This document shows positions 8,339 to 17,463 of a DNA stretch of 17,622 nucleotides, in pieces. The DNA lies in NCBI GenBank assembly GCA_049969675.1, contig JBMFOP010000067.1, forward strand, positions 1 through 17,622, in the 5' to 3' direction. The stretch is from Myxococcota bacterium. Its GTDB lineage: Bacteria; Myxococcota; SpSt-1050. Position numbers and translations under genes: made by a program. The notes under the pieces are model-generated. The model had not been told where the DNA came from and ran no database searches. It saw only the letters and a list, made by a program, of their open reading frames with translations. Position 1 is the stretch's first letter, and each line of letters opens with the position of its first letter.

Positions 8339-9874
8339 TTAGTTAAATTGGTTTCTATCCAATGTTCTATATTGTATTGCCTCTGCAATGTGTCTTCCCT
8401 CAATCGTCTCAGAGTCCTCAATATCTGCAATGGTTCTTGCAAGCTTAATAATTCTATCGTGTGCCCTTGCAGACATATGTAACTTCTCCATTGCATTCTT
8501 GATTAAGGATTGCGCCTCATTATTGAGCTGGCAGTACTTCCTGATCATCCTTGTTGTCATCTGAGAATTGCAATATATATTTTTATGTTTTTTAAACCTC
8601 TCTTCCTGAACCTTTCTTGCCTTAATGACCCTCTCTCTAATCTTTGCGGATGGCTCACCCTCTCTCGTACTTGAAAGTTCCGAATAGTTCACTGGCGGGA
8701 CATCAATATGGATATCTATTCTGTCAAGCAATGGCCCGGAAATGCGAGTGCGATATCTTTGAATGGTTGGATATGAACAGAGACATTTGTGGTTTGGATC
8801 CCCGAGATATCCGCACGGACAGGGGTTCATAGCAGCAACCAGCATAAAATTGGCTGGATATGTAATGGATATAAGCGCCCTTGAGATTGTGACCTCTCTA
8901 TCCTCCATCGGTTGTCTTAAGACCTCAAGAACAGATTTGGAAAATTCAGGGAGCTCATCCAAAAATAGAATACCATTATGTGAGATTGAGACCTCTCCGG
9001 GCCTTGGAACTGAACCCCCTCCTATCAGTCCAACATCGCTGATGGTATGGTGTGGAGACCTGAACGGTCTGTTCCTGATTAATGAGACACCAGATTTGAG
9101 CATTCCCATCACTGAATAGACTTTGGTAGTCTCAAGTGATTCTTCAAAGTTCATCGGAGGGAGAATGGTCCTGAGCCTCTTTGCAAGCATAGTCTTCCCA
9201 GAGCCGGGTGGACCAACCATAATGATATTATGCCCACCGGCGGCTGCTATCTCAAGCGCCCTCTTGGCGTGCTCCTGCCCCTTTACATCTCTAAAATCCT
9301 CGGCGTACTCCACCTCTTGATCCGAGATTATACTATCTGTCTCTTTTTGATATATTATCTCCCTCTCCCCATTTAACCAGTTGATCGCATCTGATAGACC
9401 CTTTACTGGGATAATAGTTATGTTATCCACCACTGATGCCTCAGCCGCATTCTTCTCTGGCAGTACCAGATACTTAAAATTAGCATCCCTTGTCTCAACT
9501 GCTATTGGTAAGACCCCTTTGACTGGTCTCAATTCTCCTGTAAGTGAAAGTTCACCTATCATTACAGATTCCTTTAACTTATCCTCTCTGATACTACCTA
9601 ATGCATAAAGTATTGAAATTGCTATTGGCAGATCAAATTTTGTCCCGTCTTTCTTAATGTCGGCAGGTGCAAGATTGATGGTAATCTTTTTAGGCGGGAT
9701 ATCAAATCCGCTATTCTTTACCGCGCTCTGAACACGGGTCTTACTCTCCTTGACTGATGCCTCCGGGAGACCGACTATTGAGAAGTTCTGAAGACCGATG
9801 GAGATATCCGCCTCAACTTTTATTATTACGCCGTTTATTCCCAGTGTCGTTGCAGAATTGATGACCGAAAGCAT
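8339..9874 (-). CDS. comM: ComM/YifB family Mg-chelatase-like AAA+ ATPase (branch-migration helicase of natural transformation)
   Basis: [100 protein letters not shown] at 9882-9887 (minus). Confidence 0.97.
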   Translation of the reverse strand: MLSVINSATTLGINGVIIKVEADISIGLQNFSIVGLPEASVKESKTRVQSAVKNSGFDIPPKKITINLAPADIKKDGTKFDLPIAISILYALGSIREDKLKESVMIGELSLTGELRPVKGVLPIAVETRDANFKYLVLPEKNAAEASVVDNITIIPVKGLSDAINWLNGEREIIYQKETDSIISDQEVEYAEDFRDVKGQEHAKRALEIAAAGGHNIIMVGPPGSGKTMLAKRLRTILPPMNFEESLETTKVYSVMGMLKSGVSLIRNRPFRSPHHTISDVGLIGGGSVPRPGEVSISHNGILFLDELPEFSKSVLEVLRQPMEDREVTISRALISITYPANFMLVAAMNPCPCGYLGDPNHKCLCSYPTIQRYRTRISGPLLDRIDIHIDVPPVNYSELSSTREGEPSAKIRERVIKARKVQEERFKKHKNIYCNSQMTTRMIRKYCQLNNEAQSLIKNAMEKLHMSARAHDRIIKLARTIADIEDSETIEGRHIAEAIQYRTLDRNQFN

Positions 9875-9903
9875 CTAAAGTACCTCCAATAATTATTTTT
9901 AGA

Positions 9904-9920
9904 TGCAAACAATGTGCCAG
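9904..9920 (-). promoter_or_regulatory. Sigma54 (RpoN) -24/-12 promoter of the comM-recA-NlpC/P60 operon
   Basis: Minus strand reads CTGGCAC-ATTGT-TTGCA, matching TGGCAC-N5-TTGCW with exact GG-N10-GC spacing. Predicted +1 is near 9893, just upstream of the comM SD. Confidence 0.85.
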
Positions 9921-10035
9921 AAATAAAATTTTGGTAGTATCCCATAATTGGGCACAGCGTTATGAAACAATAGAGAAACTCACTGCTGTCCAAAATAAAC
10001 TGGTTTGAGAAGTTATCTACTTATAAAATAAGGAT

Positions 10036-10067
10036 TCTGGACGCGTAAATATATATTTAAATCCAGA
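10036..10067. repeat. Inverted repeat in the divergent intergenic region (candidate regulator or enhancer-binding site)
   Basis: TCTGGA-cgcg-TAAATATATATTTA-aa-TCCAGA: a perfect 14-bp AT palindrome (10046-10059) flanked by TCTGGA/TCCAGA arms. Confidence 0.5.
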
Positions 10068-10178
10068 CTACCAGATTTCCTAAACAGATGTGGTTTGAAA
10101 ATTATTTGATAAATATCATTTTTAGGTCTATAGAAATCCAATCCTGAGTGTTCTCATCAGTGTCCATAAGGAGGAATG

Positions 10179-10628
10179 ATGCAGGAAGACAGGATCTCCT
10201 GGGATGAGTATTTTATGTCATTTGCAAGGCTTGCAGCCAGGCGATCTACCTGTCTGAGGAGGAAGGTAGGTGCTGTAATAGTCAGGAATAAACATATCAT
10301 CTCTACAGGGTACAATGGTGCCCCCAGTGGTGTCAGGCACTGTTCTGAGACGGGCTGTCTGAGAGAGAAATTGAATATCCCATCGGGTCAGAGGCACGAA
10401 CTATGTAGAGGGCTGCACGCCGAGCAGAATGCTATTATTCAAGCAGCGCTCTATGGGGTATCTACCGATCAGGGAGTGATATATTGCACAAATCAACCCT
10501 GTGCCATTTGCGCAAAGATGATAATTAATGCTGGTATAAAGATGGTAATATATGAAGAGGGCTATAAAGATGAACTCGCCTATGAGATGCTTGAAGAGGC
10601 AAATGTAAAGATAATAAAGATTGGTTAA
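10179..10628 (+). CDS. comEB: dCMP deaminase (ComEB / cytidine-deoxycytidylate deaminase family)
   Basis: [39 protein letters not shown] zinc motifs. SD AAGGAGG at 10168-10174 favours the second ATG (10179) over 10176. Confidence 0.92.
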   Translation: MQEDRISWDEYFMSFARLAARRSTCLRRKVGAVIVRNKHIISTGYNGAPSGVRHCSETGCLREKLNIPSGQRHELCRGLHAEQNAIIQAALYGVSTDQGVIYCTNQPCAICAKMIINAGIKMVIYEEGYKDELAYEMLEEANVKIIKIG

Positions 10629-10630
10629 CA

Positions 10631-11110
10631 ATGAAATGTCCGTTCTGTAAATCCCCCAATACGCGCGTGATTGATTCCAGAGTTTCAAAGAATGAACTCT
10701 CTATCAGGAGGAGGAGGGAGTGCCTCACCTGTAAAAAGAGATTTACTACATTTGAGGTGGTGGAGTTTGAACTCCCATCGGTGGTAAAGAAGGATGGGCG
10801 GAGGGAACCATACGACAGACAGAAGATTCTCACCGGTCTTAAAAAGGCCTGTGAAAAGAGGCCCATTCCTACGACAACCCTTGAAGAGATTGTAACAGAG
10901 ATTGAACGGATGCTCATAGAGTCTGGAGAGAAGGAGGTTAGCTCCAGTCTTATAGGTGAACTTGTGATGCAGAGGTTAAAGAATCTTGATAACATTGCAT
11001 ATATAAGGTTTGCAAGTGTATATAGGCAATTTGGAGATATTGAAGAACTCTTAAAAGAGGTGAAAGGGATGCTTAAGGGTAGAGGGAGAAGAGGCTGGAA
11101 AGATGAATAA
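10631..11110 (+). CDS. nrdR: Transcriptional repressor NrdR
   Basis: MKCPFC...VIDSR...IRRRREC..C..RFTTFE zinc ribbon, ATP-cone VVKKDGRRE, AYIRFASVYRQF. Confidence 0.98.
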   Translation: MKCPFCKSPNTRVIDSRVSKNELSIRRRRECLTCKKRFTTFEVVEFELPSVVKKDGRREPYDRQKILTGLKKACEKRPIPTTTLEEIVTEIERMLIESGEKEVSSSLIGELVMQRLKNLDNIAYIRFASVYRQFGDIEELLKEVKGMLKGRGRRGWKDE

Positions 11111-12284
11111 GAGAAGTATAGATGCAGAATATATGATGAGGGCGATCATACTTGCCGAGAATGGAATGGGGAGGACATCTCCAAATCCGATGGTCGGGGC
11201 TGTGATTGTAAAAGATAATAAGATTATTGGTGAAGGCTATCATCAGGCAGCGGGTCAACCTCACGCAGAGATAAATGCGATTAGAAGTGCTAAAGGTTCG
11301 CTTAAAGGCTCTACAATGTATGTTACGCTTGAACCCTGTGTCCATTATGGACGCACCCCTCCCTGTGCAAAGGCGATAGTAGAGAGTGGTATTAAAAGGG
11401 TTGTGATATCCGATGTGGACCCAAATCCACTGGTCAACGGGAGGGGTATCAATTATCTCAGAAGACATAAAATAGAGGTAGATTTTTGTAAAATTAGCCC
11501 TTTTGATTCTCAAACTTATTCACTAAATTGTGGATTCAATAAGTGGATAAAACAGAAGATCCCGTATGTGACACTGAAAGTGGCGATGACGATGGATGGC
11601 AAAATAGCTGATAAAAAGGGCGATTCAAAATATATAACCTCCATTGAATCCAGAAGATTTGTCCATTATTTGAGATACCTATCCGATGCCATCCTCGTAG
11701 GTTCAACCACAGTCAAATCTGATGACCCGCTTCTTAATCACAGGCTTGTCAAATTTGAGAGGAGAAAGGCTATTACGAGAGTGATTCTGGATGGTTCGTT
11801 ATCACTCACTCCAGAATATCGCGTGTTTAAAAGGGACGGGGCAAGGAGGATTCTTTTAACTACAGCAGATATGTTTGATCGCAAGAAGGGAGTTGTAAAA
11901 AGATTTAAAAATATAGGTGTGGAGGTGGTGCCTTTTGAGACAGATTCTTCAAAAATAGAGATAACAGATATACTTGAATATCTCGGGTCAATTAATATAT
12001 TATACCTGTTTGTGGAAGGTGGGCAGGAGGTCTTTACTGACTTCTTGAGCCATAAAGAGGTGGACCTTTTAATTATGATGATATCGCCAAGGCTTCTGGG
12101 CGAAGGTTCAAAGGGATTTTATTTGAAATCAAACTTGATGAATAACAGCAAGACCAATCTCTCTTTGATAAAGTTTATTCCGTCTGGCGGTGATGCCATT
12201 TTGTTCTATTTAAAAGAGGGTTCAGATGTTTACTGGATTGATAGAGTCTATTGGAAGAGTCTCGGGACTCTTAAGAAAGTCTGA
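11103..12284 (+). CDS. ribD: Bifunctional riboflavin biosynthesis deaminase/reductase RibD
   Basis: TSPNPMVGAV, HAE, LEPCVHYGRTPPC, KVAMTMDGKIA, DDPLL, LFVEGG. Confidence 0.97.
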   Translation: MNKRSIDAEYMMRAIILAENGMGRTSPNPMVGAVIVKDNKIIGEGYHQAAGQPHAEINAIRSAKGSLKGSTMYVTLEPCVHYGRTPPCAKAIVESGIKRVVISDVDPNPLVNGRGINYLRRHKIEVDFCKISPFDSQTYSLNCGFNKWIKQKIPYVTLKVAMTMDGKIADKKGDSKYITSIESRRFVHYLRYLSDAILVGSTTVKSDDPLLNHRLVKFERRKAITRVILDGSLSLTPEYRVFKRDGARRILLTTADMFDRKKGVVKRFKNIGVEVVPFETDSSKIEITDILEYLGSINILYLFVEGGQEVFTDFLSHKEVDLLIMMISPRLLGEGSKGFYLKSNLMNNSKTNLSLIKFIPSGGDAILFYLKEGSDVYWIDRVYWKSLGTLKKV

Positions 12285-12864
12285 GGGATTTGAACTTTTG
12301 ATAGAGGATGATCTCCTCTTATCAAATGCAAAGGAGGGAGATTCTGTATCTGTGGATGGGGTGTGCCTGACTATAAAACGGAAGAGAAATAGAGAGGTCC
12401 TATTTGATGTCTCTGAGGAGACAGTAAGGCGAACTATTATAAATGACTATAAAAGGGGGAGAATGGTAAATCTGGAGTCAGCCCTAAAAGTTGACGGGAG
12501 GATGGGAGGTCATTTTGTATCGGGACATATTGATACAAGTGGTGTTGTAAAAGAGAGAGCTGATAGAAGTGAATTTATTGAACTCAAAATATCCTTTGAT
12601 AGCATCTACTCCCCGCTCGTGGTAGAGAAGGGTTCAATTGCGATTAACGGGGTGAGTCTTACCATCAATGAGACAAAGGGAGATTCAGTTAAAATGATAT
12701 TGGTTCCTCATACTATTGAGCATACAAACCTTAAATTTCTGAGAGTGGGCGATAGGGTCAATATAGAATTTGATATGATTGGTAAGTATGTTATTAAGTA
12801 TCTTATGAAGAGTAATACACAGGATTTGCGATTGAAGAGACTTCTTGAAGAGGGAGAGATATGA
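12226..12864 (+). CDS. ribE: Riboflavin synthase (alpha chain; ribC in E. coli nomenclature)
   Basis: N-terminal [47 protein letters not shown]. Confidence 0.98.
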   Translation: MFTGLIESIGRVSGLLRKSEGFELLIEDDLLLSNAKEGDSVSVDGVCLTIKRKRNREVLFDVSEETVRRTIINDYKRGRMVNLESALKVDGRMGGHFVSGHIDTSGVVKERADRSEFIELKISFDSIYSPLVVEKGSIAINGVSLTINETKGDSVKMILVPHTIEHTNLKFLRVGDRVNIEFDMIGKYVIKYLMKSNTQDLRLKRLLEEGEI

Positions 12865-14081
12865 AGAGAGGTGAACCATCACTTGAGGTAGTTAAAAAGG
12901 CAATTTCTGATTTTAAGAGGGGGAAGATGGTTATCATTGTAGATGATAAGGATAGAGAGAATGAAGGTGACCTCTGTATAGCGGCTGAGTTTGTAACGCC
13001 AGAGGCTATAAATTTTATGGCAAAATATGGTAGGGGGCTTATATGTCTGGCGATGACCGAAGAGCAGATAAACAAACTTCGCCTCCCTATGATGACTCAG
13101 GATAATAATAGCAAATTTGGTACCGCATTTACTGTATCCATTGAGGCAAAGAAGGGTGTCACCACCGGTATCTCCGCCTATGATAGGGCTACAACTATTC
13201 TGACGGCAATTAGAGATGATGTTACCCCAGATGATATCGTGGTACCGGGACATGTCTTTCCTCTCAAGGCACGTAATGGTGGTGTGCTCTCCCGCACAGG
13301 ACAGACAGAGGGGAGCGTGGACCTCGCAAGACTTGCGGGGCTAAAACCAGCAGCGGTGATATGTGAGATAATGAAGGATGATGGGACAATGGCAAGGATG
13401 CCAGATTTGATAAAGTTTGCCAGAAGACACAGAATGACCATCGTCTCTATTGCAGATATAATCAGATACAGACTTCAGAACGAACTCCTTGTGAAGAGGA
13501 TATCAGAGGCACGTCTCCCGACGGTATATGGCGGTGAATTCAAGATCATTGCATATAAGAACGAATTGGATAACAATGAACATGTGGCTCTGGTAAAAGG
13601 AGAGATAGACCCCAAAGAGCCAATTCTGGTGCGTGTGCATTCCGAATGCCTGACCGGGGATACATTTGGTTCTCTTAGATGCGATTGTGGACCGCAGTTG
13701 CATAGGGCTATGCAGATGATTGAGGAAGAGGGGAGTGGTGTAATAATATACCTGAGGCAGGAAGGGAGAGGGATTGGGCTGGGGAATAAGATAAGGGCTT
13801 ATGCCCTTCAGGAGCAGGGACTTGATACGGTTGAGGCGAATGTGGTGCTCGGCTTTAAACCAGACCTGAGGGACTATGGACTCGGTGCACAGATTATGTT
13901 TGAACTCGGAATTAGAAAGGTTCGCCTTATGACAAATAACCCCAAGAAGATTATTGGGCTTTCGGGATATGGAATTGAGATTGTAGAGAGGGTGCCCATT
14001 GAGATTAAACCCAATAACATAAATAAAGATTATCTGTTTGTAAAAAAGAAAAAAATGGGGCATATATTGAAGTTAAAGTAA
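12861..14081 (+). CDS. ribBA: Bifunctional DHBP synthase / GTP cyclohydrolase II
   Basis: [62 protein letters not shown]. Confidence 0.99.
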   Translation: MKRGEPSLEVVKKAISDFKRGKMVIIVDDKDRENEGDLCIAAEFVTPEAINFMAKYGRGLICLAMTEEQINKLRLPMMTQDNNSKFGTAFTVSIEAKKGVTTGISAYDRATTILTAIRDDVTPDDIVVPGHVFPLKARNGGVLSRTGQTEGSVDLARLAGLKPAAVICEIMKDDGTMARMPDLIKFARRHRMTIVSIADIIRYRLQNELLVKRISEARLPTVYGGEFKIIAYKNELDNNEHVALVKGEIDPKEPILVRVHSECLTGDTFGSLRCDCGPQLHRAMQMIEEEGSGVIIYLRQEGRGIGLGNKIRAYALQEQGLDTVEANVVLGFKPDLRDYGLGAQIMFELGIRKVRLMTNNPKKIIGLSGYGIEIVERVPIEIKPNNINKDYLFVKKKKMGHILKLK

Positions 14082-14092
14082 GGAGGTATTAA

Positions 14093-14560
14093 ATGCCAAA
14101 GATCTATGAAGGTTCATTTAATGCAGAAGGTTTGAAGTTCGGGATTGTAGTATCCAGATTCAATCATTTTATTTCAGACAAACTTTTATCTGGTGCAATG
14201 GATGCAATCTATCGCCATGGCGGCACCGAGGAAGATATATCAGTCTTCAGAGTGCCCGGTTCATTTGAGATACCATCTGTGGCAAATAGGCTTGTTGAGA
14301 GCGGTAAGTTTGATGCAATCATCTGTCTCGGGGTACTCATTCGTGGTGAGACACCTCATTTTGACTATATTGCTGCTGAGGTCTCAAAAGGCATCGCCAA
14401 TATTGCTATCAAATCCGGTGTTCCAGTAATCTTCGGTGTTGTAACTGCTGAGAATATAGAGCAGGCTATTGAGCGAGCAGGTACCAAGCAGGGAAATAAG
14501 GGATTTGATGCAGCGATGGCAGCCATTGAGATGGCAAACTTATACAGGAGTCTGAAATAG
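14093..14560 (+). CDS. ribH: 6,7-dimethyl-8-ribityllumazine synthase
   Basis: [52 protein letters not shown] at about 14080-14086. Confidence 0.99.
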   Translation: MPKIYEGSFNAEGLKFGIVVSRFNHFISDKLLSGAMDAIYRHGGTEEDISVFRVPGSFEIPSVANRLVESGKFDAIICLGVLIRGETPHFDYIAAEVSKGIANIAIKSGVPVIFGVVTAENIEQAIERAGTKQGNKGFDAAMAAIEMANLYRSLK

Positions 14561-14571
14561 ACATTAAACTT

Positions 14572-14970
14572 ATGAGAGTGGAATCGAGAGCCCGGGAGCG
14601 CGCGTTTCTATTTGCATTTGCAAAAGATATGGAGGGTAATATACCTGATAATATGGTTGAGGAACTCAATATTGACGATTTAGTTGAGGTAAAGACATTT
14701 GCCGGGCTCTTATTTGAAGGAATGAATAGGCATATTGAGAGTATTGATGAGACTATTAGCAGATATCTAAAGAACTGGACAATAGAGAGACTGAGGGCAG
14801 TGGATAGGTGTATTTTGAGGGTGGCACTCTATGAATTGCTCTTTTATAAAAAAACGCCAGCAAAAGTGGTAATGGATGAATATACTGAGCTTGCAAAGAG
14901 ATATGGGGATACTGATTCTGCAAGCTTTGTAAATGCAGTTCTGGATTCAGTTTATAGGGATAATATATAG
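14572..14970 (+). CDS. nusB: Transcription antitermination factor NusB
   Basis: RARERA, WTIERL..VDR.ILR.A.YEL, P.KVVMDE..ELAKRYG, FVNAVLD; canonical position after ribH. Confidence 0.95.
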   Translation: MRVESRARERAFLFAFAKDMEGNIPDNMVEELNIDDLVEVKTFAGLLFEGMNRHIESIDETISRYLKNWTIERLRAVDRCILRVALYELLFYKKTPAKVVMDEYTELAKRYGDTDSASFVNAVLDSVYRDNI

Positions 14971-15509
14971 TGGAGATAATTTTTAAGGCATTAAAGAAGC
15001 AGAAGATTGTAAAAGATTCCTGTTCTTTGATAATCTGCTTTTATTTTGAAGATGAGAGGCCCCTTAGAAGGCTTGCCGGGATTATTGATTGGAAGGTGGA
15101 TTGTTTCCTATCTCGATTGATAAAAGAGAAGAGACTCTACGGGAGTGAGGGGGAGATTATCCTCTTTGCATCCGAGGAGAGATTCGGGAGCACACCTATA
15201 TTGATATGTGGACTCGGGAAGAAGAGATTCTTTTCATTAAGCACAATCAAGGATGTGGCTGACCTCCTCGTTGGGAGGATAGAGAAGATGAATATTACAA
15301 ATTTTGGATTTGCCCTTCCTGATTTTTCTGATACACATATCGGCTGGCTTGATGGCTTTAATATGTTTATTGAAAGATTTAGCAGATGTGAGAATATTGA
15401 GAGGATCTACCTCTTTGAGGAGAAGGAGAAGGAGCTCCTGATAAGAGGTAATCTCAATGATTCTTTTAGACGAAGATTTTATTTTTCTTCAGAGGAGGAA
15501 ATAAGATGA
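14970..15509 (+). CDS. Stand-alone M17 (leucyl aminopeptidase) N-terminal-domain-like protein
   Basis: FEDERPL..LAG..DW....LSRLI....G..GE..L......ILICGLG pattern of the PepA N-terminal macro-like domain; no catalytic domain. GTG start overlaps the nusB stop by 1 nt. Confidence 0.75.
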   Translation: MEIIFKALKKQKIVKDSCSLIICFYFEDERPLRRLAGIIDWKVDCFLSRLIKEKRLYGSEGEIILFASEERFGSTPILICGLGKKRFFSLSTIKDVADLLVGRIEKMNITNFGFALPDFSDTHIGWLDGFNMFIERFSRCENIERIYLFEEKEKELLIRGNLNDSFRRRFYFSSEEEIR

Positions 15510-16993
15510 AGAGGTTTGTTATTGGGTTATTTTTTGTGGTGCTCTGTACGGCTGGATTTGCAGGTGACTTTGTGGATACGAGAGTCTCATTCATTCTCAG
15601 CAATGATAATATTCTTGTAGGCCCGGGTGAGACCAATCCATCCAATCCAGGAACACGTTTCGGGAGTGCAAGCAGCGGGAATACATTCTTTTATGACAAC
15701 TATGAGACAAAATACACCGGTTATGAATCTCTCTCACATCTCGTGCTCTACAAGAAGATGCCCTCATACTTTGAGGGGCTGACCACGGAGGCATCCCTTG
15801 CACTGCTCGTGATACTTTTGAGCGAATACTCGGTTGGATTTGGTGACTCCGGTTCATATATAAGGTTGACCTACGCCTTTGACAATGAGGAGAAGTCAAA
15901 ACAGAATATACAGATGACACTCTTCCCATATTCTTCAGATAGATTCAGACTCGGCTATTCATATCAGATATCGTGGGGAGGTTCAGACATATTCCCAAAG
16001 CAGGACCCGGATATAAACAAGAAAAATCCAGTTCCGGGAGTAAAACTTCAATTTAACTATGATGACTTTTATGCATTCACAGGTGCAAAGTCTTCACTTT
16101 TGCAGAGGAAGAAAGACCTGAATGACCCAACAGAGTTAGAGGCGTTTTGGGGATTTCTTGGTGGAGGTGGATGGGACAATGGATTTGTAAGGGCGGAGTT
16201 AAATGCTGGTTTCTTTAGAAGAGGGCTCAATCCGAATAATTCTGTTATAGGTGACCCGGTGGATTCAGCAGGGGTCTCGGTGCAGTTAGGACTCCATCAG
16301 GGTTTAAATATTGGTAAGTCCATTGATTTTGCACTATATAAGAATGACCCGAATGAGGTTGTGAACTTTTTTAAGCCCGAGGAATATGGAAGTGGTCTCT
16401 CATGGGTCATTGCAACAGAATTCACAAATATCTACACAAAACTTGAGGATGCGGATAAGCCTGGCAACACAATATACCAGAGGGCGGTGGCAGGAGATAT
16501 TAATATAAAACTCAAATACAACTACACCAGATTATCTCTGGATGCGGTCTATAAAGACCTTGCATTCATCCTTTTTAATGTCCCATCACTCACACCGTAT
16601 CAGAGCATCCCGAAGGAGCTCAATACATCTCCTGCGATATTCTATGCAATATATCTTGACCACCACCTCCCATCTTTGCATCTGACACCGGGTATCTCCT
16701 TTGGAATGGAGTGGCCTGCATACTTTGAGGACAGGACAGGTACAGTCACCGTTGTGAGGTCAATTTCAGATAGAAATTCATTGAAGACGGGAGACGATGT
16801 AACCCCAATAGTCGCTACAAAGCTCTCCTTTAAGCTGGACTTCTCTGAGATGCTTGCTATGATTCTGGAGCTCAGATTTCAGATAGACAATAATATGACT
16901 ACATTCAAGCAGGATATAAATGGAGAGGTAATGCTGGACTATACCGAGCCATATTTATTTGGATTCAATCTGGTATTTCAGGGGAGATTCTAA
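15506..16993 (+). CDS. Secreted protein, probable outer-membrane beta-barrel of unknown function
   Basis: Sec signal MKRFVIGLFFVVLCTAGFA; many amphipathic aromatic-rich strands; C-terminal FGFNLVFQGRF ending in Phe (BAM signal-like). ATGA overlap with the upstream gene. Confidence 0.75.
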   Translation: MKRFVIGLFFVVLCTAGFAGDFVDTRVSFILSNDNILVGPGETNPSNPGTRFGSASSGNTFFYDNYETKYTGYESLSHLVLYKKMPSYFEGLTTEASLALLVILLSEYSVGFGDSGSYIRLTYAFDNEEKSKQNIQMTLFPYSSDRFRLGYSYQISWGGSDIFPKQDPDINKKNPVPGVKLQFNYDDFYAFTGAKSSLLQRKKDLNDPTELEAFWGFLGGGGWDNGFVRAELNAGFFRRGLNPNNSVIGDPVDSAGVSVQLGLHQGLNIGKSIDFALYKNDPNEVVNFFKPEEYGSGLSWVIATEFTNIYTKLEDADKPGNTIYQRAVAGDINIKLKYNYTRLSLDAVYKDLAFILFNVPSLTPYQSIPKELNTSPAIFYAIYLDHHLPSLHLTPGISFGMEWPAYFEDRTGTVTVVRSISDRNSLKTGDDVTPIVATKLSFKLDFSEMLAMILELRFQIDNNMTTFKQDINGEVMLDYTEPYLFGFNLVFQGRF

Positions 16994-16998
16994 GAGTT

Positions 16999-17463
16999 GT
17001 GAAGAGGCTACTTGTCCTTTTTTTAGGAAATATTCTGCGTGGAGATGATGGGGTCGGTATAGAATTATTCAAGAGGATTTCCAGAAGGGAGTTACCAGAA
17101 AATGTAGTTCTCAAAGAGGGTTCTACCGGTGGTATGATACTTCTGGGACTCCTTGAGGATTATGACAGAGTTTTAATAGTTGATGCAGTGGATACTGGCG
17201 ATATCAATAAAGATGTGATAATATTTTCCCCTAAAGATATTTTAGAATCTGATGGAGATAGACTATCCCTTCACTCCCTTAGCATAAATGATATTGTAAA
17301 ATTCAATCAGTTACTGGGTGAGAGAATTCCAGAGATTATTATATTTGGTATTCAGGTAGATGATATAAGTGAACATATAGGGCTCAGCCCAAAGATTCTA
17401 AACTCCATTGATAAAATTGAGGAGAGACTCTATAAGGAGATACTCCATTATAGCGATCATTAA
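16999..17463 (+). CDS. Hydrogenase maturation protease (HybD/HyaD/HycI family, peptidase A31)
   Basis: LGNILRGDDGVG, EGSTGG, LIVDAVD, SLH, FGIQ...GLS motifs; GTG start 5 nt after the upstream stop. Confidence 0.92.
   Translation: MKRLLVLFLGNILRGDDGVGIELFKRISRRELPENVVLKEGSTGGMILLGLLEDYDRVLIVDAVDTGDINKDVIIFSPKDILESDGDRLSLHSLSINDIVKFNQLLGERIPEIIIFGIQVDDISEHIGLSPKILNSIDKIEERLYKEILHYSDH

Noticed and set aside
8314..8496. Off-frame ORF bridging the comM end and recA start (possible frameshift fusion)
   Set aside because: Both genes are complete, recA has its own strong SD, and this ORF stops in a different frame from recA.
8339..9874. Magnesium chelatase / chlorophyll synthesis
   Set aside because: The Lon-like N-domain, PCPCG zinc motif and length are those of ComM/YifB, and there are no bch/chl genes in the window.
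9950..9965. Second sigma54-like motif on the plus strand (GGGCACAGCGTTATG), and a similar TGGCAC on the minus strand near 17489-17494
   Set aside because: Neither has the -12 TTGC element at the required spacing.
9875..10175. FMN riboswitch or other ncRNA upstream of the rib operon
   Set aside because: The region is AT-rich and lacks the conserved RFN sequence blocks and GC-rich stems.
9875..10175. LexA/SOS box for recA
   Set aside because: No match seen to CTGT-N8-ACAG, GAAC-N4-GTTC or the Geobacter-type GGTT-N2-C-N4-G-N3-ACC; the AT palindrome at 10046-10059 lacks CTG/CAG ends. A lineage-specific box cannot be excluded.
452..14669. Numerous short alternative ORFs in the track (e.g. 452-817, 1243-1500, 5278-5586, 8763-9119, 10525-10995, 11073-11513, 13503-14063)
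   Set aside because: They are antisense or off-frame shadows of well-supported genes, with no motifs or ribosome-binding sites.
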